From: an uncultured Acidobacteriota bacterium
Lineage (GTDB): Bacteria; Acidobacteriota; Thermoanaerobaculia; Gp7-AA8
DNA length: 64,000 nucleotides
Assembly (NCBI GenBank): GCA_963822445.1
Contig: CAWGHO010000001.1
Coordinates: 224,001-288,000 of the forward strand
Direction: 5' to 3'
This document shows, piece after piece, positions 43,911 through 53,362 of this stretch. The position numbers were made by a program, and so were the translations under genes. The number at the start of each line of letters is the position of its first letter. Positions within the stretch are counted from its first letter, which is position 1. The notes below the pieces were generated by a model. The model did no database searches and was not told where the DNA came from. It saw nothing but the letters and a program-made list of their open reading frames with translations.

Positions 43911-44853
43911 TTGCGGCCGCGCTTTTTGCCGAGGGCTTCGTGCAGGTCGTCGAAGAGCGGCGAGGGCGCGCTCGATGCGCTCGTTGTCGTTCTCGGTCCG
44001 CGACATGAGGCCGTCGAGCATCATTCGCACGCCCGCCGTTTCGGGCCGATCGAACTTCGAATCCTTCAGATCGAGGTTGTGCACGATCTCGGCGATGGCG
44101 CGGACGCCTTTGTCGGGCAGGCCGACGCGGCCGCACCAGCGTCTCGAACGTGCAGCGGTCTTCTTCGTGAGTGAAGTCGCCGCCGACCATGTCGAAGCGG
44201 ATTTCGCCTCGGCGCGCGGAGCGTTCTCGTCGGCAAAGCGGAATCGCGCCTTCGGGATCGACGAAGCGGCGGATGAACCAGGCCGAGGCCATGCGGTCGA
44301 TCTTGACGCCCGGGCGGGTGACCCAGGTCTTGCCGCGCAGTTCGGGATTCGCTTTGAGCATCCGTGTCTCCTCCTTGCGATCGCGTTTCAGACGGCTCTC
44401 GATCGCCGCCAGCGCTTCCTCCGCCGCCGCGCTGCCCTCGGCCTCGAAGAAATCGATGCGGCGGACTTCTTCGAGACGGCGGGAGAGGCGCGCGTGGGCC
44501 GCGGTGAGCTCGGCTGCCGCCGCGGCGCTGCGGGCCGCTTTCATCCCGGCGTTCGCGTCTGCGGCGATGGCCGCGTAATCGGCGTCGCGGGTCTCGCGAA
44601 ACTGGGCGATGGCCGCGTCGTTGGCCACGCCGTCGACGAAGTCACCATGAAACAGATGGGCGTCGCCGCCGCCGGCGACGATCTCCTGCGCGATCCACTG
44701 CAGGTCTTCCAGCGCGTCGGCGCCGTGCGGCAGAAGGTAGACCGCGTTCTTCACCGCGACCGCACCAACGTCCGCGAGGCGCTGGCGGATCTTGGCCCGG
44801 AGGTACAGAGGGCGGGGAGGGATGCGATGAACCAGGATGAGCCAGCGCGGCAT
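43907..44853 (-). CDS. chrB: Chromate resistance protein ChrB (frameshifted in C-half)
   Basis: WLILVHRIP..YLRAKI..L..VGAV..KNAVYLLP; WVTRPGVKIDRMASAWFIRRFVDP; FTHEEDRCTFE; HNLDLKDSKF. Confidence 0.88.
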
Positions 44854-44894
44854 TGCGTGAGTGTAGCAACTGCCGTTATGATCTAGCAACTGCT

Positions 44895-45263
44895 ATGTCA
44901 ACAATTCTGTTCGTCTGTCCTCACGGTGGCGCGAAGAGCGTCATCGCCGCCTCGCTCTTCAATGCCGCGGGCCTGCCGTTTCGAGGAGTCGCCGCCGCGG
45001 GTGAGGATCCGTATGACTCCGTTCCCGCGCCGGTGGTTGATCGGCTGGCGGGACAAGGAGTCGATGTGCGTGCTTTCAAACCGCGGCCTGTCGAGGCCGG
45101 AGAAATCGAGCAGGCCGCACGGGTGATCAGCATCGGCTGCGACGTTTCCGGCGCGAATGTCGAGCGCTGGGAGGACGTGCCGATGTTCAGCGAGGATCCG
45201 GAAGGATCGTTCGCGGCGATTCGGCGGCATGTGGACGAGCTAGTCGGAGAGCTCGTAGGGTGA
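44895..45263 (+). CDS. LMW-PTP/ArsC-fold small protein
   Basis: ILFVCPHGGAKSVIAA (CX5K loop), VISIGCD, WEDVP. Confidence 0.75.
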   Translation: MSTILFVCPHGGAKSVIAASLFNAAGLPFRGVAAAGEDPYDSVPAPVVDRLAGQGVDVRAFKPRPVEAGEIEQAARVISIGCDVSGANVERWEDVPMFSEDPEGSFAAIRRHVDELVGELVG

Positions 45264-45353
45264 GCGTCCCGCTCGCAGTGCGGCGGCCGTCCCGGCCGGC
45301 GCTGGACGATCGGGCGGAACGCCCGATCGGAGCGGGCGGGACGCCCGCGGTAC
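45255..45353. repeat. GTAG/GTAC-bounded REP doublet overlapping the chrA 5' end
   Basis: GTAGGGTGAGCGTCCCGCTCGC...GCGGGCGGGACGCCCGCGGTAC; the right arm is near-identical to 53297-53318. Confidence 0.7.
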
Positions 45354-46423
45354 GGGACCTGATCCTCTACTTCCTCCGCCTCGGCACCTTCGGCTTCGGC
45401 GGACCGATCGCCCTCGCCGGCTACATGCAGCGCGATCTCGTCGAGCAGCGCCGCTGGTTCACCGAAGACGACTACGTGAAAGGCCTGGCCCTCGCGCAGC
45501 TCGCCCCCGGTCCGCTGGCCGCGCAACTGGCGATCTACCTCGGCTGGGTCCGCGCGGGAGTCCTCGGCGCAACGCTGGTGGCCATCGCCTTCGTTGCGCC
45601 CTCCTTCGTGATGGTGCTCGCGATCTCGATGGCGTACGTGCGCTTCGGCGGGATCGCCTGGATGCAGGCCGCGTTCTACGGCATCGGCGCCGCGGTCATC
45701 GCCATCGTGTTGCGCAGCGCGTACAAGCTCGTTCGCCTGACCCTCGCCCGCGATCCCCTGCTCTGGCTGATCTTCGCCGCGAACGCCATCGCCACGGCCG
45801 TGCTCGAGGCGGAGGTGGTCTCGTTGATTCTCGCCTGCGGCGTGCTCACGCTCGCCGCGCGCTGGACCGCGATGCGAACGTCGCCGCTTGTCTCGCTCGC
45901 GCTGGCGCCGACGATTTTCTGGTTCTTCACCAAAGCCGGCGCCTTCGTCTTCGGAAGCGGACTGGCCATCGTTCCTTTCCTCTACGGCGGCGTCGTTCGC
46001 GAGCACCACTGGCTCACCGATCAGCAGTTTCTCGACGCCGTCGCGGTGGCGATGATCACGCCCGGCCCGGTGGTCATCACCGTGGCCTTCATCGGCTACC
46101 TCGTCGCCGGCTTCACCGGCGCCGTCCTCGCCTCCCTCGGCGTCTTCCTGCCCTGCTACCTCTTCGTGGTGATTCCCGCGCCGTACTACGCGCGGTTCGC
46201 GGATGATCCGCGGTTGAAGGCGTTCGTCTCCGGCGTGACCGCGGCCGCGACGGGCGCGATCGCGGGCGCGACGTTCGTGCTGGCGAGACGAGCGATCATC
46301 GATGTGCCGACGGTGCTGATTTTCGCGGCGACGCTGGCGACGCTGATCTGGCTGAAGAAGATTCCGGAGCCGGTCGTGATTGCGCTCGCGGGGCTCCTCG
46401 CCGTCAGTTTCGGATCTTCATGA
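45260..46423 (+). CDS. chrA: Chromate efflux transporter (long-chain CHR)
   Basis: FLRLGTFGFGG, AQLAPGP, GAFVFGSG, AMITPGP. Confidence 0.93.
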   Translation: MSVPLAVRRPSRPALDDRAERPIGAGGTPAVRDLILYFLRLGTFGFGGPIALAGYMQRDLVEQRRWFTEDDYVKGLALAQLAPGPLAAQLAIYLGWVRAGVLGATLVAIAFVAPSFVMVLAISMAYVRFGGIAWMQAAFYGIGAAVIAIVLRSAYKLVRLTLARDPLLWLIFAANAIATAVLEAEVVSLILACGVLTLAARWTAMRTSPLVSLALAPTIFWFFTKAGAFVFGSGLAIVPFLYGGVVREHHWLTDQQFLDAVAVAMITPGPVVITVAFIGYLVAGFTGAVLASLGVFLPCYLFVVIPAPYYARFADDPRLKAFVSGVTAAATGAIAGATFVLARRAIIDVPTVLIFAATLATLIWLKKIPEPVVIALAGLLAVSFGSS

Positions 46424-46859
46424 CGCCGAGAACGGCCAACAGGGCGCCGAGAGCCATGAGCGCGCTTTCGGCGAGCGTCGGAACCGTCGGCTCCGCCACC
46501 GCCCTCAGCGTGAAATCGTTGCCCGACCCGCCGCGGTAGCTGACGACGAACGTCTGGCCGCCGCTGGTGACGAGCGCGCCTTCGGGGAGACCGTCGAAGA
46601 TTCCATTGATCGGATCCGTACCGTCGTTGTCGAAGATCAGATACGTCTGTCCACCGGGGAACGGCACGCCGGAGACTGTCAAGAGCAGCGAACCGCTGAC
46701 GTTCACGCATCCGGTAATCAAAAAATGGGGCTCGGTCGGATCGCTGGCGCTGTTCAGAAAGAGGATGAAGTCATCGATCCCATCGCAAGCAGCTCCGTGC
46801 GGTGCGACCGGCGCGACGCTGAGCAGCGAAAGGATGGCAAGGAGCGGCAGGCTGATCAT
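46404..46859 (-). CDS. Secreted protein with IPTL-CTERM sorting signal
   Basis: Signal peptide; C-terminus VPTLAESALMALGALLAVLGVMKIRN (motif, TM helix, basic tail). Confidence 0.8.
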   Translation of the reverse strand: MISLPLLAILSLLSVAPVAPHGAACDGIDDFILFLNSASDPTEPHFLITGCVNVSGSLLLTVSGVPFPGGQTYLIFDNDGTDPINGIFDGLPEGALVTSGGQTFVVSYRGGSGNDFTLRAVAEPTVPTLAESALMALGALLAVLGVMKIRN

Positions 46860-46872
46860 CGCGGCACTATAC

Positions 46873-46903
46873 GAAAAAGGCCGCGCATCTCGCGCGGCCT
46901 TTC
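46873..46903 (-). terminator. Intrinsic terminator after the DUF3617 gene
   Basis: Minus strand AAAGGCCGCGC-GAGAT-GCGCGGCCTTTTT. Confidence 0.75.
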
Positions 46904-46925
46904 AAGATCACAGTGAAGGCACGAG

Positions 46926-47339
46926 TTACTTCTTCGTGCACTCCCCTTTCCACGTTCCGGTGTACTTGGTGGTCATTTCCTGCTCGCCCACCTGCATCTT
47001 CATCCAGCCGGTGTAGGTGGTGTCGGTGAAGGTGATCTCGCCTTCGCCCTTGGTCTTGTCCTTCGGGCACTCCATGGTCCAGGTCACCGTGTTGCCGTCG
47101 ACCTTGTAGTCGTTGACGGTGCACTTGGACTTCGGATCGGACGGGACGGACTTCTGCGGGTCCTTGAGATCCTCTTCGGTCAGGCAGACATCGACGTTGA
47201 TCGGCGGCATCTTGAACGGCATGCCCGGGATCTCCATCTGCATCTTCACGTTCCACTTACCAGGCTTCTGCGGATGCTGGCCGAAGGCCGATCCGGCCAC
47301 CGCCAGCAACAGCGCGCCACAAAGCACGAGCTTCTTCAT
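46926..47339 (-). CDS. DUF3617-family secreted protein
   Basis: Signal peptide; KPGKW...MEIPGMP...CLT...C...GNTVTWTMEC...G.WKGEC. Confidence 0.85.
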   Translation of the reverse strand: MKKLVLCGALLLAVAGSAFGQHPQKPGKWNVKMQMEIPGMPFKMPPINVDVCLTEEDLKDPQKSVPSDPKSKCTVNDYKVDGNTVTWTMECPKDKTKGEGEITFTDTTYTGWMKMQVGEQEMTTKYTGTWKGECTKK

Positions 47340-47441
47340 CTGAATCTTCCCCCCGATGGTTATTTGGACGGGCGAAGTATAGCGGATTTCGGAAAGTGGT
47401 ACCATGCCCTGTCGCGTCCGAATAACTTTCCAGGAGCCGTC

Positions 47442-50400
47442 ATGAATCCCGCCGTTCGCCGGAGCGCGCTCGCGCTCGTTTTCGCGTTCTCCACCCTTCC
47501 GGCGCTGGCCGCCGATCCCTGGGAAGCAGCCCCATTCACCTCCGATCCGAAGGCGCTTCTGGCTGCTGCCGAAGCGATTTCGGCCGGCGAGTCGGGCGTG
47601 GTTGTCCTGCTCGACGAAGCCGCTCACACCTTCGACGCGAAGGGCGGTGGCGTCATGACCCAGCGCCTGGTCTACCGAATCGCCAACGAGTCGGCGATCG
47701 ACGACTGGGGCTCGATCAACGCCCCCTGGGCTCCCTGGTACCAGGAACGCCCCACCCTGCAGGCGCGGGTCATCACCAAAGACGGAACCGTTCACCAGCT
47801 CGACCCGAAGGCCATCATCGAAGCGCCGTCGCCGGAAGAGTCGCTGGACATCTTCAGCGACAACCGCGTCATCCGCGCGCCGCTCCCCGCCGTCGCGGTC
47901 GGATCGGTAGTCGAGCAACTCATCACTTATCAATCGAAAGCGTCGCTGTACGACGCGGCCTCGAGCGACATCTTCTTCTTCGGCAGTTTCTATCCCGTTC
48001 ATCGCGCGCGGCTGATCGTCGACGCGCCGGCGGATCTGCCGTTGCAGTTCATCAATCAATCGCGCGTCGAACAGAAGAAGGAAGTCGCCAACGGCCGCCA
48101 GCGGGTGGTCTACGAAGGCGGCCCGTTCGCACCGAAAGAGGACATGGAGTGGGGCCTGCCGTTCGACGTCGCGCCGCTGCCCTGGGTCGGCGTTTCGAAC
48201 GCGAGCTCGTGGAGCGATCTGGCAACGCGCTACTCGGCGATCGTCGACAAGCAGCTCGCCAACGCCGGCCTCGAAAAGCAGGTGCGCGAAGCGCTCGGCA
48301 AAACGACCGACCGCCGCGAGATGGTCGCCAAGGCGCTGGCCTGGATTCAGTCCCGCGTCCGCTACGCCGGCGTCGAAGTCGGCGAATCCTCGGTCGTCCC
48401 CCGCACTCCGCAGACCGTTCTCTCCAATCGCTACGGCGACTGCAAGGACAAGGCGACGCTGCTCGTGGCCATGCTTCGTCAGGCCGGACTCGAAGCGCAT
48501 GTCGCGCTGCTTCGCGCGGGTGAAGACTTCGACGTGCCGCGCGATCTCCCGGGCCTGGGCATGTTCAATCACGCGATCGTCGTGGTTGGATCCGGGGCCG
48601 ATCAGATCTGGGTCGATCCTACCGATGAATTCGCGCGGGCCGGCGAGCTTCCGCTGATGGATCAGGGCCGCATGGCTCTCGTGGCCAGCCCGAAAACGAC
48701 CTCGCTCGTGGCCACGCCGATGGCCGAATCGACCGCGAATCGCACCGTCGAGATCCGCACCTTCATGTTGCCCGAAGAAGGAAAGGCCACGCTCCTCGAA
48801 GTCTCCGAGCCGGCCGGCGCCGACGAATCGTCGATGCGCCGCTACTGGGTCGCCAGCGATCGCAAGCGCTATCGCGAGTCGATGGAGCAATACGTCAAGG
48901 ACTACTACGGCGCGAAGGCGCTGACGAAGGTCGAGACCAGCGATCCCCACGACCTGAGCAAGCCGTTCCGGATTCAGCTCGAGATTGCCGAGGCTTCGCG
49001 CGGGCAGGCCATGGAGGGAGAGGCGGCGGTGGCTGTCTTTCCGGCCAATCTGCTCCAGAACCTCCCCTGGGCGCTGCAGACCAGGCCGGGCGAAAAAGAT
49101 GAGGAAGAAGAAAAGCGCCGCATCCGCCGCAACGACTTCTTCTTCACCCGCCCGTTCGTCCGCGAGTGGCAGTACCGCATCGTGCCGCCGGCCGGATTCG
49201 TTGCGCGCACGCTGCCGCAGAACGAGACCAGGCAGATCGGCTCGATGAGCATGACCCGCGAGTTCGCCACCGGCGCCGACGGCATCGTCAACGCGACCTT
49301 CCGCGTCGACAGCGGCAAACGGCGTCTGACGCCGGTCGAGCTCGAGGAAACGCGCAAGGCCATCAAGACCGCCTCGGACATGCCCATGCTGCTGATCGGT
49401 TTCGATCAGCGCGGACAGCTCGAGCTCACCAAAGGCAACATCTCCGCGGCGCTGGCCGAGTTCCGCAAGCTCGCCGCGGCGCATCCGAAAGAAGGCCGCC
49501 ATCAGGTCGAGATCGCCCGCGCGCTGCTGGCCGGTGGCATGGGCGAAGCGGCCCGCGAGCAGGTCAAGAAAGCCATCGCCCTCGAGCCGGCCTATCCGCG
49601 CGCACATCGCATGCTCGGCGTCGTCCTCCAGCACGATCACTTCGGCCGCGCCTACCGCAAGGGATTCGACCTCGAAGGAGCGCTGGCCGCGTACCGCAAG
49701 GCCAAGTCGCTCGACCCGAAGGACATCGGTGTACGCGCCGAATTGGCCAAGCTGCTCGAGCATGGCGAGGACGGACTGCTCTTCGGCAGCGGGGCGAAGC
49801 TCGATGAAGCGGTCATCGAATGGCGCTCGCTGATCGACGAGCTGGATGCGACGCAGTACCGCTCCGAGCTGCTCCTCGCGTTGGCCCGCTCCGCGCGCTG
49901 GAACGAGCTCCGCGAAGCAGCGAAAGACGCCGAGAACGCCACACAGCGCAATCTGTGGCGGGTCGTGGCCGCGGCGGCGACGGAAGGATCGAAAGCGGCC
50001 GTTCGCGAAGCGGCGGCGCTCGATCAGGCCCAGCGCAAGGACGTGCTTCGCACCGCCGGCTCGGTCGTCCTGGCCATGCGCATGTACGACACGGCCGCCG
50101 ATCTGATCGAAGAAGCGATGCAGGGATCGCCGAACGCGGAAACGCGGACGCAGGTGGAAGGTCTTCGCAAAGCCAAACGCCTCGAAGACCTCTCCTTGCC
50201 GAAGGACGATCCGAAGACGATCGCCAAACAGCTCGCCGTCGACTCGCTGCTCCTGGAGATGACGCCGGAGCTGATCGCGAAGTACTACGCGTCCGACGAA
50301 AAAGATCTCTTCGGCAGCGAGCGGCAGAAGGCGCAGTGGCGCACGATGCGGCTGAACATGCTGGCCACGGCCCAGAATCAGGGCCTGCCGCTGATGTTTT

Positions 50401-51521
50401 ACGCCGACGTCGGCATGGGCTCGTTGCAGGCCGTGCAGGACGGCGATGAAGAGACGGGCTATCGCATCCGCCTCCGCTCTCCGGCCAGTCGCGCGCGGGA
50501 AGAGACGCTGTACGTCGTACGCGAAGGCAGCGAGTACCGCGTCAGCGCGACGAATGACGGTCCTGCGCTGATCGGCTGGAGCGTGCTGCGCCTGCTGAAC
50601 GCGAACAAGAACGAGGCCGCGCGGCAGTGGCTGAACTGGGCCCGCGAAGATTTCACCGCCGCGACCGAAGATCCGTACGGCTCGACGCCCTTCGCCCGTT
50701 ACTGGCCGAAGGCGAAACAGTCGGCGACGCCGGAAGAGATGCGGCTCGCGGCGGCGCTGCTGATGCCTTCGAAGGAGCTCGGCGACCAGGCGCTGGCCAT
50801 CCTCGTCCCCGCCCGCGAGAAAGCGGCGACGGACGAGGAGCGCAATCGCATCGACCACGGCATCGCCCTCACCTACATGCTGCAGGACGAGAACGCGGAG
50901 AAGCTCGTGGAAGTGGCGACGCGCATGACCAGGACCGCGCCCGACTCAGCGGTCGCCTTCAACATGCTCTGCGCCGCGCTCTCCAAGCTCGAGCGCAACG
51001 ACGAAGCGACGAAGGTCGCGAAGGAGCGTCTGTCGCGCATGCCCAAGGACGACGACGCCATCCGCGCCCTCGGCCAGGCCGCCATGCACGCCGGCGACTA
51101 CGCGAGCAGCGACAAGTACTACCGTCAAGTAGTTGACGAGCTTCGTCCGACCTCCGGCGACTACAACAACATCGCCTGGAACGCCCTGCTCAGTGGCAAG
51201 GAGCTCGATCGCGCCCTCGAGGACGCGCGCCAGGCCATGCAGAACGGCGGCGGCTCCGCGCTTCTGCACACGCTCGCTTCGCTGTACGCGGAGACGGGCA
51301 AAAATCTCGAGGCCCGCGAAGCGCTGCTCAAGAGCATGGACGACGCCGGCCGCGACGAGCCCGCTCCCCACGACTGGTACGTCCTCGGCCGCATCGCCGA
51401 GAACTACGGCGCCACCGACGCGGCCCTGGCCGCGTACAAGCGCGTCGACAAGCCGAAGGAGAGCGTCGCCTCGTCGACCTGGATTCTGGCGGACCGGCGG
51501 TTGAAGGCGATCAAGAGATAG
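47442..51521 (+). CDS. DUF3857 + transglutaminase-like + TPR exported protein
   Basis: Signal peptide; LPAVAVGSVVE; triad YGDCKDKA / FNHAI / WVDPT; C-terminal TPRs. Confidence 0.88.
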   Translation: MNPAVRRSALALVFAFSTLPALAADPWEAAPFTSDPKALLAAAEAISAGESGVVVLLDEAAHTFDAKGGGVMTQRLVYRIANESAIDDWGSINAPWAPWYQERPTLQARVITKDGTVHQLDPKAIIEAPSPEESLDIFSDNRVIRAPLPAVAVGSVVEQLITYQSKASLYDAASSDIFFFGSFYPVHRARLIVDAPADLPLQFINQSRVEQKKEVANGRQRVVYEGGPFAPKEDMEWGLPFDVAPLPWVGVSNASSWSDLATRYSAIVDKQLANAGLEKQVREALGKTTDRREMVAKALAWIQSRVRYAGVEVGESSVVPRTPQTVLSNRYGDCKDKATLLVAMLRQAGLEAHVALLRAGEDFDVPRDLPGLGMFNHAIVVVGSGADQIWVDPTDEFARAGELPLMDQGRMALVASPKTTSLVATPMAESTANRTVEIRTFMLPEEGKATLLEVSEPAGADESSMRRYWVASDRKRYRESMEQYVKDYYGAKALTKVETSDPHDLSKPFRIQLEIAEASRGQAMEGEAAVAVFPANLLQNLPWALQTRPGEKDEEEEKRRIRRNDFFFTRPFVREWQYRIVPPAGFVARTLPQNETRQIGSMSMTREFATGADGIVNATFRVDSGKRRLTPVELEETRKAIKTASDMPMLLIGFDQRGQLELTKGNISAALAEFRKLAAAHPKEGRHQVEIARALLAGGMGEAAREQVKKAIALEPAYPRAHRMLGVVLQHDHFGRAYRKGFDLEGALAAYRKAKSLDPKDIGVRAELAKLLEHGEDGLLFGSGAKLDEAVIEWRSLIDELDATQYRSELLLALARSARWNELREAAKDAENATQRNLWRVVAAAATEGSKAAVREAAALDQAQRKDVLRTAGSVVLAMRMYDTAADLIEEAMQGSPNAETRTQVEGLRKAKRLEDLSLPKDDPKTIAKQLAVDSLLLEMTPELIAKYYASDEKDLFGSERQKAQWRTMRLNMLATAQNQGLPLMFYADVGMGSLQAVQDGDEETGYRIRLRSPASRAREETLYVVREGSEYRVSATNDGPALIGWSVLRLLNANKNEAARQWLNWAREDFTAATEDPYGSTPFARYWPKAKQSATPEEMRLAAALLMPSKELGDQALAILVPAREKAATDEERNRIDHGIALTYMLQDENAEKLVEVATRMTRTAPDSAVAFNMLCAALSKLERNDEATKVAKERLSRMPKDDDAIRALGQAAMHAGDYASSDKYYRQVVDELRPTSGDYNNIAWNALLSGKELDRALEDARQAMQNGGGSALLHTLASLYAETGKNLEAREALLKSMDDAGRDEPAPHDWYVLGRIAENYGATDAALAAYKRVDKPKESVASSTWILADRRLKAIKR

Positions 51522-51578
51522 GCGAGCACAGGTAGGGATTTGCCGCGGAACGACTCTCCTTCCGGGAAGGAGAGCGTT

Positions 51579-52685
51579 ATGGCATTTACGTCCGGCTACG
51601 ACAACTCGGAAGCACAGGTGTGTATGACCCTGGCGACGATCGCCTATTCGAGCGAGAACGTCCCCTCACAGATTCAGGCGACGATCCAGACCAACCTCGC
51701 GAACACGAACTTCGCAACGGCGGGCAACTGGGAGCTGGTCTGGCTGGGAGTGGCCGACAACAATCAGAACCTGATCTACGTCGCCCAGAACACCACCCAG
51801 CCGGCGCAGTACGCCATCGCCATCCGCGGCACTGACTGGTGTTTCCCGGTCAACTTCAAGGAAGACTTCACCGTGACCTCGCAGTCCGCTCCGGGATTCG
51901 GACCGTCCGATCTGCTGGTGAGCAACGGCGCCCTCGACGGGTTGAACGAGATCAACTCCGTCACGTCGGCGCCGATCGCCGGTGGGAGCGCCGTGACGTT
52001 CCTGCAGTATCTGCAGAATCAATACGCCGCGGGCGGCTTCGACTCGTTCGATGTCTACGTGACCGGCCACAGCCTCGGCGGATGTCTGGCCTCGATCACC
52101 TTCCCCTGGCTCGTCGAGACCTGGAACGGTGCGACGTCGCTCAATGTGAAGGCCTACACCTTTGCCGCGCCAACCGCCGGCAACGCAGCATTCGCCTCCT
52201 ACGCGACGAGCCTCAGTGCGAGCGGCCCGTACTACTACTGGGCCGTCGCGAATCCTCGCGATCTCGCGCCGCAGGCGTGGTCGAACCTCGCGAATGTCAT
52301 CCCGCAGGGGATCGTCGTCAGCGTCACGTTCAAGCTCGCGCTCGAGCTGATCTTTCTTATCAGCGCGTTCCTCACGAAGTTGCAGAACGCAGGCGTGTCG
52401 TATGCGCAGCCCGGCGCGGCCAACACGTACAGCCCGACGAACGACCTCGATTTCTCGCCGTCGTGCGGGACGCCGCGGGTCTCGACGATGACCGACTACT
52501 TCTGCTGGGTCGGAAGCGAGCATGCCGGCGACACGTACCTGACGCTACTCGGCGCGACTCCCACGGGCATCACCAACGTGATGAATTGCCCGCCGCCCAG
52601 CTCCGCGGGCCTGGAAGGCAGTCCGAGTCCCGTCGCGCAACAGCAGATCGACCAGTGGAAGCAGAACAATCCTGGGCAAGAATGA
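51579..52685 (+). CDS. Class 3 lipase family protein
   Basis: IAIRGT, VTGHSLGG, YTFAAPTAGN, NPRDLAP. Confidence 0.88.
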   Translation: MAFTSGYDNSEAQVCMTLATIAYSSENVPSQIQATIQTNLANTNFATAGNWELVWLGVADNNQNLIYVAQNTTQPAQYAIAIRGTDWCFPVNFKEDFTVTSQSAPGFGPSDLLVSNGALDGLNEINSVTSAPIAGGSAVTFLQYLQNQYAAGGFDSFDVYVTGHSLGGCLASITFPWLVETWNGATSLNVKAYTFAAPTAGNAAFASYATSLSASGPYYYWAVANPRDLAPQAWSNLANVIPQGIVVSVTFKLALELIFLISAFLTKLQNAGVSYAQPGAANTYSPTNDLDFSPSCGTPRVSTMTDYFCWVGSEHAGDTYLTLLGATPTGITNVMNCPPPSSAGLEGSPSPVAQQQIDQWKQNNPGQE

Positions 52686-52689
52686 CGGC

Positions 52690-53244
52690 GTGAAGCCGGT
52701 TTACTTCTCCTCCCCCGCCGAGTTCCGGGCGTGGCTCGAAAAACATCACGACTCGGCGGCGGAGTTGTGGGTCGGTTACTACAGGAGGGCCACCGGCACG
52801 CCGAGCATCACCTGGCCCGAGTCCGTCGATCAGGCCCTCTGCTTCGGCTGGATCGACGGCGTCCGCAAGACCGTCGACGAGAACCGCTACATGATCCGGT
52901 TCACGCCGAGGAAGACCAGGAGCAACTGGAGCACGGTCAACATCAAGAAGGTCGCGGAGCTCACGAAGCTCGGTCTCATGAAACCCGCCGGCATGAAGGT
53001 CTTTGAGGAGCGGGAAGCCAAACGCGAATACTCATACGAACAGACGCAGCAAACCGAGCTCGCTCCGGAGTACGCGAAGGAGTTTCGCGCGAACAGAAAA
53101 GCCTGGGCGTTCTTCGAAGCGCAAGCCCCGTCCTACCAGCGCACGCTGAAGTTCTGGGTGATGAACGCGAAGAAGGAAGAGACCCAACGCGCGCGGCTGA
53201 AGAAGTTGATCGACACCTCGGCCGCGGGTAAGCGCGTTTTGTAG
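52690..53244 (+). CDS. YdeI/OmpD-associated family protein
   Basis: FRAWLEKHH, ALCFGWIDG, RFTPRK..SNWS..N, AKKEETQRARL. Confidence 0.9.
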   Translation: MKPVYFSSPAEFRAWLEKHHDSAAELWVGYYRRATGTPSITWPESVDQALCFGWIDGVRKTVDENRYMIRFTPRKTRSNWSTVNIKKVAELTKLGLMKPAGMKVFEEREAKREYSYEQTQQTELAPEYAKEFRANRKAWAFFEAQAPSYQRTLKFWVMNAKKEETQRARLKKLIDTSAAGKRVL

Positions 53245-53318
53245 GGCGGGCGTCTCGCCCGGCGGTCAGAGCGCGGCGCGGGACGCGCCGCGCGAGGCGG
53301 GCGGGACGCCCGCCGTAC
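53241..53318. repeat. GTAG-type REP doublet
   Basis: GTAGGGCGGGCGTCTCGCCCG...GCGGGCGGGACGCCCGCCGTAC; its GTAG supplies the upstream TAG stop. Confidence 0.75.
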
Positions 53319-53362
53319 GGTTTCATCGACTTGCCTCCTGTTCGTTTGGTACAAGTGCCGAA

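Noticed and set aside
42606-44300. Dense frameshift cluster in the M20 peptidase and chrB as gene decay
   Set aside because: Catalytic motifs are intact and the damage is indels only; a low-quality assembly patch is more parsimonious. It cannot be settled without reads.
46926-50858. 1310-aa minus-strand ORF and similar long ORFs (8637-12284 extension, 15775-17334, 9261-11075, 55919-57868, 59923-61887)
   Set aside because: Antisense or off-frame shadows of real high-GC genes; only the terminal parts carry recognisable proteins.
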